Below are positions 1 to 7,612 of a stretch of 64,000 bases of DNA, one piece after another. This DNA comes from Bacilli bacterium. Lineage in GTDB: Bacteria; Bacillota_I; Bacilli_A; RFN20; CAG-826. Below the pieces are notes generated by a model. That model worked only from the letters and a program-made list of their open reading frames with translations. It was not told the origin of the DNA and did not search any database. Where the stretch lies: contig JALCSW010000002.1 of assembly GCA_022653695.1 (NCBI GenBank), positions 436,320 to 500,319 on the forward strand. The letters run 5' to 3'. A program made the translations under genes and the position numbers. The stretch's first letter is position 1; each line of letters starts with the position of its first letter.

Positions 1-25
1 TCCTTTCGAAACTGACGCCTCCGTC

Positions 26-892
26 GTGGATCCCGCCCTCATCAAAGCCGCGACGATGGGTTTTCCCTCGGCGGAATGGGCGGTCGGGGACGCCCTCTAT
101 AAAGCGAAACTGTATGGGCAGGCCTTCTTCTGGATCGAACGGGCCGCCAAACATGGGATTAAGGAAGCCCTCAATCCTTTGGGTTACATGTGCCTGCGCG
201 GGCTTGGGACCCTGAGCGACGCCCGGAGGGCTTTCCGTTATTTCGCCATGGCCGCCCACGAAGGGGACGGAAGCGCGATGATGAACCTGTCGCTCCTTTA
301 TTTCCGGGGTCGCGGATGCCGCAAGGACTTCAAAAAGGCCTTTCGGTGGATCGTCCGCTCCATCGACGCCGGATGCCACCAAGGATGCCGGGTGGCCGCT
401 TATTCTTGCCTCCATGGCCTCGGAACGGAGAAAAGCGAGGCTCGGGCTATCGCTTATCTAGAGAAGGGCGCTTCCCAGGGCGAGGCCCGCGCCTTGACGA
501 AACTGGCCGAATGCCACGCGAAAGGCATCGGGGTTCCTCCCGATCCCGAAAAAGCCCGCGGCCTCTTTCACGAAGCCGCCGCGAAGGGCGACCCTCACGC
601 CGAATACTGGCTGGGGATCCTTTGCCTCAACCGCGAAGGGGGCGATCGCGAAAGGGCTCTCGCCCACCTGAAGGCGGCCGCTTGCGCGGGCGATCGCGCG
701 GCCCTTTTGGCCTATGTCGAGCTCTTGATGAAAGAGGGCGGCGACATGATGGCGGCTTATTATTGGTTGAGTTTGGCCGCCGATAGGGGGAGCCGAAAAG
801 CCGAAAGCGACCTGGCCCGTTTCAAAGGCGGCTACACATGGGCCCAAGCCGAAGAGCACATGCGGCGTTCCCTAAGCGCCCCTAAGCGATAA
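26..892 (+). CDS. Sel1-like (SLR/TPR-type) repeat protein, possibly 5'-partial
   Basis: Repeated ~36-aa units, e.g. AFFWIERAAKHGIKEALNPLGYMCLRGLG, AFRYFAMAAHEGDGSAMMNLSLLYFRGRG and ARGLFHEAAAKGDPHAEYWLGILCL, typical of Sel1 repeats. The track start is GTG at 26, but the frame stays open to position 2, so the true start may lie outside the window. Confidence 0.7.
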   Translation: MDPALIKAATMGFPSAEWAVGDALYKAKLYGQAFFWIERAAKHGIKEALNPLGYMCLRGLGTLSDARRAFRYFAMAAHEGDGSAMMNLSLLYFRGRGCRKDFKKAFRWIVRSIDAGCHQGCRVAAYSCLHGLGTEKSEARAIAYLEKGASQGEARALTKLAECHAKGIGVPPDPEKARGLFHEAAAKGDPHAEYWLGILCLNREGGDRERALAHLKAAACAGDRAALLAYVELLMKEGGDMMAAYYWLSLAADRGSRKAESDLARFKGGYTWAQAEEHMRRSLSAPKR

Positions 893-896
893 AAAG

Positions 897-924
897 GCAT
901 CCCTTGAAAGGGGATGCGTTTTTT
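897..924. terminator. Rho-independent terminator between convergent genes
   Basis: GCATCCC (897-903) pairs with GGGATGC (911-917) with a 7-nt loop, followed by GTTTTTT. An A-run precedes the stem, so it could act in both directions. Confidence 0.7.
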
Positions 925-935
925 CGCGCCTCCGA

Positions 936-2126
936 TCAATAGGAATCGAGAAGTTCCTCGACGTCGGAGGCAAAGCGGCCATAGGAAACGACGAGGTGGT
1001 TGCCATAAGGATGAAAGAGGAAATCCGAAATGTCCCCGTCGAATTTGACTTGGATCTGGGTGCGGCAAAGGTCCTCGCGGGCGAGGTTGGCTTCGATCTC
1101 GCCTTCGAGCAAATGATAATCGGCGAGGTTCGGCGAGATTTTGAAGACGGTGACGGGCCCTTCTTTCATTTGGCCCCGAATCCCCACGCCAAGACCCGAC
1201 TCGAAGTGGCTCGTCAGTTCATATTTCCCCACCATGGAGAAAGGGACCGTGCAGTGGGCGAGAACCATGGTGCGGTTCGGCAAATCCATGGCCGAAGGAT
1301 TGCATTGAAAGGAAGCCTTGCTCGTCAAGGCTCGGCAAATATCCATCGAAAGCAAAGAGGCTTCGTCGCCTTCGCAGGCAGAGGTGATGCCTTCTTCATT
1401 AAGAAGGGCAAGGGCCAAGCAGGACGTGTTTTTGTAAATCCCGAGCAAATCGAAGCAGCGGATCGAGAAGGCCGTCAGCTCGTATTTCCTGACGAGCCGC
1501 TTGATGGCCCCATAGATTTCCAAGGCCCCTTTGACGGTCTCGTTCCCCTCGGCTTTCCCCACTAACTCAGGATGCCATTCCGGGGCGCCGTATTCATGCT
1601 TATCGATTTCTTCCTTCAATTCGTCGAAAGGCACGCTAAGGAACGAGCAGCCGAATTTACGCTTCGCCTCCTCAAAGGAGACGCCGGAGGCGATGAGCCA
1701 ATCGCTCGGCTCGCCGAAGAGCCCGTAGCGGGCCTTCCTTAGGTAAGCCCGTGCCTCGCCGATCCGATAGAGCGTCTTGATGCGGGCGTTGAGCGAAAGC
1801 GGGTCGCCGTAAAGGATTTCGCCCTTGATGCCCTTCTTTTGCAAAAAGGAAAGGATCTCCAGGGCCGAGGCCAGGGAGTTGTCGCCCCCCTGAGCCAATA
1901 GGTAATACGGCGGGGAGTAGTTTTCGTAGATTTTCAGAAACGGGGCTTCGCTGCCTCCGCTTTCGATGAGAAAGAGGGTCAGGGGGCAAGCCTCGTCCCG
2001 CAGACGCTGATAGACGAACTCGCTCTCGGGGTCGATGGCCTGCAGGAAAGCGTGGCTGCCCTTGTCGAGGGAGGCCCGCCGCTCGTCGCTAAGAGCGCTT
2101 CGTAAAGTGACCAGTGCGATGTCCAT
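936..2126 (-). CDS. L-fucose/L-arabinose isomerase superfamily-like protein, substrate unknown
   Basis: Track ORF is 936..2378. I trimmed it to the ATG at 2124-2126 (MDIALVTLRS...) because the upstream 84 codons are Arg/Lys-rich and overlap the divergent promoter. It contains an ACEGDE motif and the C-terminal pattern seen in the FucI/AraA-like (COG2407-type) family. Confidence 0.6.
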   Translation of the reverse strand: MDIALVTLRSALSDERRASLDKGSHAFLQAIDPESEFVYQRLRDEACPLTLFLIESGGSEAPFLKIYENYSPPYYLLAQGGDNSLASALEILSFLQKKGIKGEILYGDPLSLNARIKTLYRIGEARAYLRKARYGLFGEPSDWLIASGVSFEEAKRKFGCSFLSVPFDELKEEIDKHEYGAPEWHPELVGKAEGNETVKGALEIYGAIKRLVRKYELTAFSIRCFDLLGIYKNTSCLALALLNEEGITSACEGDEASLLSMDICRALTSKASFQCNPSAMDLPNRTMVLAHCTVPFSMVGKYELTSHFESGLGVGIRGQMKEGPVTVFKISPNLADYHLLEGEIEANLAREDLCRTQIQVKFDGDISDFLFHPYGNHLVVSYGRFASDVEELLDSY

Positions 2127-2292
2127 ATCCGTTTCCGTTGCCTTGATTTGATTATACCAATCCTGGGAACGGGGGGAATAGCGTTTTGGGAACGCTCGGC
2201 ACGATGGGCGTTTTAACGATCGATTCCACTTTTTTAGCCTATTTTTCCCTCTTTTGCGTGCAAACGTTTTCCTTTGTCGTATCATTGTTTTT

Positions 2293-2967
2293 ATGGCAGA
2301 GAAGACAATAGGGCAGTTCATCGCCGAGAGACGAAAGGGATTGGGCTTGCGCCAGATCGACCTTGGCAAGCGCGTCAATTACAGTGTCCAGGCCATTTCC
2401 AAAATGGAGAAAGGCCTGTCCCAGCCGGCCGGAGCCCTGGTCCCCGCCCTTTGCAACGCCCTCGATATTTCCATCGACGAGTTCTTCGCGATGGAACGGA
2501 AACCGGGCAAAAAGAACCCCGTTCCGCCTTTCGACGGCCTGACGTTCGCCGAAAACATCTCCTACCTTCGCCTGAAGGAAGGCCTGTCCCAATACGCCCT
2601 CGCCCTCATCATCAAGGTTTCGAAGCGCTCCATCGCCAACTATGAGCGGGGCGTCTCGGTCCCAAGCTGGGAAGTCGTGGACGCCTACCTAAAGCATTTC
2701 GGCCTGACTCCCGGGGCCCTCTACTTCACGACCCTCGCCCCCAAGGCCGCCGCCAAAACGAAAATCGGCGGCAAAATCGTTTGGGGCTCGATCGGGGCTT
2801 TGGCGATCGCCGCCATAATCGTCGGCGTCACTTCCCCCTTTTGGATGCGCCGGATCGAAAACGCCGCCAAAGGGGCCTATGTGGCCGACACGGCTTGCTC
2901 AAGCCAAGAAACCTCGTCTTCCTCAAGCGAGGGGTCGAGCGTCCAGGTCTCTTCCTTCGACGAGTGA
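2293..2967 (+). CDS. Membrane-tethered XRE-family regulator with two HTH domains, one TM helix and a Ser-rich tail
   Basis: ATG at 2293 (MAEKTIGQFIAERRKGLGLRQIDLGKRV...). A second HTH follows (FAENISYLRLKEGLSQYALALIIKVSKRSIANYERG), then the TM segment IVWGSIGALAIAAIIVGVTSPFW and the tail SSQETSSSSSEGSS. Confidence 0.75.
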   Translation: MAEKTIGQFIAERRKGLGLRQIDLGKRVNYSVQAISKMEKGLSQPAGALVPALCNALDISIDEFFAMERKPGKKNPVPPFDGLTFAENISYLRLKEGLSQYALALIIKVSKRSIANYERGVSVPSWEVVDAYLKHFGLTPGALYFTTLAPKAAAKTKIGGKIVWGSIGALAIAAIIVGVTSPFWMRRIENAAKGAYVADTACSSQETSSSSSEGSSVQVSSFDE

Positions 2968-3040
2968 GGGATTTCCCCAAAACCAACTCGGCCGCGCCTT
3001 GATCGCGCGGCCTTTTATTTCGTTAGCTTATCCTCTTCGC

Positions 3041-4480
3041 CTATTTTTCAGGCGGCAACGCCATGATCGAATCAAGGGAGCCGACGATCGTTTTTTCCTT
3101 CGACTCGTGCCCGTATTTGTCGACCGAAACGGCGTCTCTGACCTCGTGGGTGAGGCAGCATGGGCCGCCGATGCATCCGCCGGGACACGCCATCCCCTCC
3201 AGGAAATTGAAGGAGGCCGACCCGTTTTTCATCTGATTGAGGGCCATCCGGCAACCGTCGAGTCCGGAAGCGGCTTGGACTTTGGCCTCAAAGGAAGAGC
3301 CAAGTTCCTTCAAGCCCTCTTTTATCGCGTCGCCCAAGCCGCCGCTCCGGGCGAAAATGCGCCCGAAATAGGAGGCGTTGTCAAGCGGGGACTCCGCAAG
3401 GGAGGGCAAATCGATCCCTTTGGCGTCGATAAGGGCTTGCAGTTCCTCGAACGTGATGACGCAGTCGACATAGGAGAAACCCTTTCCGCGGGCCATCTCG
3501 TCCTTTTTGGCGATGCAGGGCCCGACGAAGACCACTTTGGCCTTGGGATCGCCTTTCTTGATGAAACGGGCGATGGCCTGCATCGGGGAGAGGCAATCGC
3601 TGACCTTCCCCTTCAACTCCGGAAAGCTTTGCTCGACGTAACGGACGAAAGCCGGGCAGCAACTGGATGTAAGCGTACCGCGCTCGGCGAGCTCCCCCGC
3701 TTCTTCGTATGCCACCATGTCGGCCCCGAGGGCCGCCTCGACGACCGCGTGGAAGCCCAGTTTCTTGATGCCGGTGATGACTTGGCCGAGGCTCGCGTAA
3801 TGGAACTGCGAGGAAACGGAAGGGGCCGCGATCATGTAGGCGTTTGCGGTTCCGCGCTCGTTTTCCTTGCTTATGTCGATGCAGTTCAGGATGAAGCTCT
3901 TGTCCATGATGGCGCCGAAGGGGCAGGCGAAACTGCACGCCCCGCACCGGGTGCATTTGCTTTCGTCGATTTCGCTGATGCCGTCCGCCCGCTCATGGAT
4001 CGCCCCCACCTTGCAGGCCGATTCGCAAGGGCGTTTGTGGTTCACGATAGCCCCGAACTGGCAGGCCTTGAGGCACAGGCCGCAATTAACGCATTTGCTC
4101 TTGTCGATATGGGCCCGCAAACGGGAATCGAAAGAGATGGCGTGCATATGGCAGGCGGAGGCGCAACGATGGGCCAAGCATCCGCGGCAGGCGTCGGTCA
4201 CTTCCATGCCGCCGATGGGACACTGATCGCAAGCCGGCTCGATGATCTCCAGCAGATTGGGGTTGCTTTTGTCGCCGCCCATGGCGAGTTTGACGCGCTC
4301 GGCGGCGATGGCCCGTTCCTTATAGATGCAGCAACGCATCGTGGGTTTGGGCCCCGGGGAGATGATTTTCGGAATATTCGGAAGGTCTTCCTGGAGGGTG
4401 CCGGCATAGTAGCTTTTCGCGACCTCCTTGAGGACGCGGTACTTAAGTTGCTGGACGGTGGTGTCGAATTTCGGTGTCAT
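3041..4480 (-). CDS. hfsD: [FeFe]-hydrogenase-like protein with ferredoxin-type 4Fe-4S domains (HfsD-like)
   Basis: All three H-cluster motifs are visible: TSSCCPAF, VGPCIAKKDE and EGMACPGGCIGGP. The N-terminal half has several CxxCxxCxxxCP clusters. Confidence 0.8.
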   Translation of the reverse strand: MTPKFDTTVQQLKYRVLKEVAKSYYAGTLQEDLPNIPKIISPGPKPTMRCCIYKERAIAAERVKLAMGGDKSNPNLLEIIEPACDQCPIGGMEVTDACRGCLAHRCASACHMHAISFDSRLRAHIDKSKCVNCGLCLKACQFGAIVNHKRPCESACKVGAIHERADGISEIDESKCTRCGACSFACPFGAIMDKSFILNCIDISKENERGTANAYMIAAPSVSSQFHYASLGQVITGIKKLGFHAVVEAALGADMVAYEEAGELAERGTLTSSCCPAFVRYVEQSFPELKGKVSDCLSPMQAIARFIKKGDPKAKVVFVGPCIAKKDEMARGKGFSYVDCVITFEELQALIDAKGIDLPSLAESPLDNASYFGRIFARSGGLGDAIKEGLKELGSSFEAKVQAASGLDGCRMALNQMKNGSASFNFLEGMACPGGCIGGPCCLTHEVRDAVSVDKYGHESKEKTIVGSLDSIMALPPEK

Positions 4481-4496
4481 GGCGGTTGCCCTCCTT

Positions 4497-5669
4497 TTAG
4501 AAATAGGCGACGCGGACGCGCTTGTCCATCGCCTTCAAGATTTTAGTCAATTCGTCGACGATCTGCATCTTCGTTGAGATGGAAATGCTGTAACGGGGGT
4601 CCTGATGGGCCGGGTTGACCGCGCACCCGACGTAGAAACTGACGTCGGTGGCCTCCTCGAAAAGCGCTTTGGCGAGAAGGGAAGCCCCGTCTTGCCGATA
4701 GACCCAATTGAAGTAATCGTCGTCCTGGGCCAAATAGTCTTTGCCGATCTCGTTGAGCCGATTGAGGGTTATGATGCCCTCCGTCACGAGATCGACGCCC
4801 TCGATGGCGCTCGTCGGGGGGATGTCCCTATCGAGATAGGTCAGCGAAGCCTTGATCGGCTTCTTGAGGTAACGCGAGACGATTTTGGCGCTCGTGCCGC
4901 CGCAAACGATGTGCCGGCCGCTCTGGGCGAAATAGGCCGCGAGGACTTTGCCGTCGTCGTCGGGGTTCGTCGGCGGACCCACGAAAACGTTGACCCGGCT
5001 GAGGGGCCGCTTCTTCACGATGAGGGCGGTCGTGTCGTCGCCCGGTTCGCCATTATAAAGGTTCATGCAGCGATCGACGAGGATTTTGGCGACGTTTTTG
5101 GCGCTGACGCTCGGAAGGGCGACCCCTTCGAGGTACCGGGCGATCTCGTTTCGGGTCCATCCGAAGTTGAGGGCTCCGCCCACCCCGGCGTAGACCGCCC
5201 CGTCGCTCACGATCGCGAGCTCGTCGCCCTCCAAAAACGGGAAAGCCGCGAAGCAAACCTTCTTCCCTTCGAGGCTCGCGCTCACCCAATCGATCTTCCG
5301 CTCTTTCTGGTTCCGCAGAAGAATCGGCTCGGGGTTGTCGTAATTGTAGATAAGGAGGCTGTCGTTTCTCGCCCGCACCAAAGTGAAGGTGCTGTACGCC
5401 ACGTTGCCGCGGTCGGTCGCCACGGGCAGCGTCCGGGTCAGGCTTTCGACCGATTCCCTTAACGAAAGGCCGCCGTCGATCATCGTCGAGAGCATCGAGG
5501 AGGTGAGGGTCGAGAGGATGTTGGCCCTGACGCCCGAGCCGAGCCCGTCCGCAAGGACGAGGAGTTGCTCGCCGTTATCCTTGCGCTTGATCTCCACGTG
5601 ATCGCCGCAAAGTTCCTCGCCGCGCTTGTTGACGGAAAGGTATCCGCTTTCGAGGACGCATTCACTCAT
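4497..5669 (-). CDS. hfsC: PP2C/SpoIIE-family serine phosphatase (HfsC-like)
   Basis: N-terminal region VNKRGEELCGDHVEIKR...LLVLADGLGSGVRANILS plus GDELAIVSDG, typical of SpoIIE/PP2C. Overlaps the upstream gene by 8 nt. Confidence 0.8.
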   Translation of the reverse strand: MSECVLESGYLSVNKRGEELCGDHVEIKRKDNGEQLLVLADGLGSGVRANILSTLTSSMLSTMIDGGLSLRESVESLTRTLPVATDRGNVAYSTFTLVRARNDSLLIYNYDNPEPILLRNQKERKIDWVSASLEGKKVCFAAFPFLEGDELAIVSDGAVYAGVGGALNFGWTRNEIARYLEGVALPSVSAKNVAKILVDRCMNLYNGEPGDDTTALIVKKRPLSRVNVFVGPPTNPDDDGKVLAAYFAQSGRHIVCGGTSAKIVSRYLKKPIKASLTYLDRDIPPTSAIEGVDLVTEGIITLNRLNEIGKDYLAQDDDYFNWVYRQDGASLLAKALFEEATDVSFYVGCAVNPAHQDPRYSISISTKMQIVDELTKILKAMDKRVRVAYF

Positions 5670-7353
5670 CGTGGCCTTTGCCTTTGTTAAGCGCCTTCTC
5701 TAAGGCCGTGAGGGCCACCTTCGTCTCGGCGGCGCTTTGCCCGAGAAGCGAGGCGATTTCCTGAACCGCCCGCATGTTCTTTTCGACGACCTCGGCCGTG
5801 ACGCGGCTCGTCTCCTGGGCGGCCGCCTCCTCTTTTTTGCGCTCCTCTTCAAGCCGCGTCACGTCGCGGAAGACCGCGATGACGATGTGGAAGTGGGGGT
5901 CGAAGGAGACCGTCGCCTCGACGTAGGCCCCGTATTGGCCAAGGTAGACTTTCCTGTTCCTGGTCGCCTCCCCGCCTAAGGCGAGGGAAAAAAGCCCACT
6001 GTCGAGATACGTGTCGATCGAGGTGCCGACAAGCCCTTTGGAATCGCCGGTCTTGACCAGGTGGGCGAACGAGGCGTTCGCGAGTTGGATCCTCAACTTT
6101 TCGTCGGTCACGACGATCGCGTTGTCGCTGCCTTCGACGATGTTGTTCGAAAAACTCCTGGCCTTGTCCATGAGATAGGGCAGGCACATCTCAAGCGAGG
6201 CTTTGCCCTTGATGACGGCGATGGCTTTGTCGCGGCAGGTCGCATAGCCGCAGCTGGAGCAATTGAGCTCGTCCTTTTTTTCGGTTTTGCCGATTTGGGC
6301 CAAGACCTTCCTTATCTCCTTTTCGCTCGGCTCAAGCGAAGTGACGCTGAAGGCCGGAAGGCGCTTGCTGAGCTCCGCGGGGGCATAGGAGCGGACCGGG
6401 AAATCCTCGCGCCCGGCCGAACGGCGGATCTCGAGGTTGCTCTCAACTGGGCGATGGGGGGAGGAAAGGGCTGGCCCGTTGATGCAACTGCCCCCGCATG
6501 AGGACATCTCCAGGAAGGCGTGATGGATTTTGCCCGAAAGGATGTCCTTAAGCGCGGCGATGCAATTTTCCATCCCGGAGACGGACAGATACGCGAAATC
6601 GGGGTTGTCCCGCTTCATCGTGAGGAGGATCCCGTCGTCGATCGGGAAGAGCCGGGCCCGGCTCTTCTCTTCCTTTTCCGAGTCTTTTTTGGCGGGCCCC
6701 ACGACGATCCCCTTCTTTTCCAAAAGATTTCTCAGCTCGATGAAAGTCAGCACGCAGTCGACGTAATCGGGATACATCTCGATTTCGCCCTTCTTGCTGA
6801 TGCATGGTCCTAGGAAAACGACCTTGGCGCCGGGATGGCGCCGCTTGATGTCCTGCCCGTGGGCCAGCATCGGCGAAAGGACCGGGGCCAGGTATTTGGC
6901 GGCGTCCGGATAATGCTTCTCCACGAGCAGATTCAGCGAATGGCAGCAGGTTGAGATGACGATGTCGTGCTTTCCGTCGTCGCAGAGGTCGTCGTATTGC
7001 TTTTTGACGATCGTGGCCCCGATGGCCGTCTCTTCGGCGTCGCGGAAGCCGAGTTTCCGTAGAGCCTCCCTGACCGAGGCGAAATCGCAGCCCGGGAAGG
7101 CCGCGAGGAAGGAAGGGGCCACCGAGGCGATGGCGTGCCCCGTGGCGATGAGATCCAAAGCTTTCGAGGTGTCGTCGCGGATGACTTTGCAGGATTGGGG
7201 GCAGGCGAGATAGCACGCCCCGCACATGACGCATTCCCCGGCGATGATCGAGGCTTGGCCGTTGCGGAAGGAAATGCTTTTGGTCGGGCAGACGCGGATG
7301 CACTTGTAGCAGCTGCGGCAGTCGTTCTCCCGGCTCGTGAGGGCCGTGCTCAT
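5662..7353 (-). CDS. hfsB: Sensory (group C, HydS-type) [FeFe]-hydrogenase-like protein with C-terminal PAS domain and coiled-coil tail (HfsB-like)
   Basis: N-terminal 2x 4Fe-4S motifs (CRSCYKCIRVCP, CVMCGACYLACP). H-cluster-like motifs are STCCHS, GPCISKKGE and EMSSCGGSCINGP. These are followed by a CSSCGYATC motif, a PAS-like region (NAIVVTDEKLRIQLANASFAHLV...) and a charged helical tail. Confidence 0.8.
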   Translation of the reverse strand: MSTALTSRENDCRSCYKCIRVCPTKSISFRNGQASIIAGECVMCGACYLACPQSCKVIRDDTSKALDLIATGHAIASVAPSFLAAFPGCDFASVREALRKLGFRDAEETAIGATIVKKQYDDLCDDGKHDIVISTCCHSLNLLVEKHYPDAAKYLAPVLSPMLAHGQDIKRRHPGAKVVFLGPCISKKGEIEMYPDYVDCVLTFIELRNLLEKKGIVVGPAKKDSEKEEKSRARLFPIDDGILLTMKRDNPDFAYLSVSGMENCIAALKDILSGKIHHAFLEMSSCGGSCINGPALSSPHRPVESNLEIRRSAGREDFPVRSYAPAELSKRLPAFSVTSLEPSEKEIRKVLAQIGKTEKKDELNCSSCGYATCRDKAIAVIKGKASLEMCLPYLMDKARSFSNNIVEGSDNAIVVTDEKLRIQLANASFAHLVKTGDSKGLVGTSIDTYLDSGLFSLALGGEATRNRKVYLGQYGAYVEATVSFDPHFHIVIAVFRDVTRLEEERKKEEAAAQETSRVTAEVVEKNMRAVQEIASLLGQSAAETKVALTALEKALNKGKGHDE

Positions 7354-7354
7354 C

Positions 7355-7609
7355 TTAGGCCTCCACGAGGGGGAGGACCTCCGAGGCGAAAACGGAAGGC
7401 AGGTTATCCTTCGTGACGCCGGTGATGATTTTGTCGTTGACCTGGATGGTGACGCCGTCGAAGGCGCATTTGCCTAAGCAAAACGCGGCCTTGAGTTCGA
7501 CCTTCTTCTCCAGATGGCGGTCCGCGACCTCTTTGCGGAACCCTTCGATGACGTCGAAGGATCCCTTGAGGTGACACGAACTGCCGACGCAGATGCTGAC
7601 ATTGACCAT
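7355..7609 (-). CDS. hfsA: Thioredoxin-like [2Fe-2S] ferredoxin (NuoE/HfsA-like)
   Basis: 84 aa with CVGSSCHLKG ... CLGKC cysteine spacing. The ATG at 7607-7609 lies 3 nt downstream of the adhE stop codon. Confidence 0.7.
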   Translation of the reverse strand: MVNVSICVGSSCHLKGSFDVIEGFRKEVADRHLEKKVELKAAFCLGKCAFDGVTIQVNDKIITGVTKDNLPSVFASEVLPLVEA

Positions 7610-7612
7610 AGG

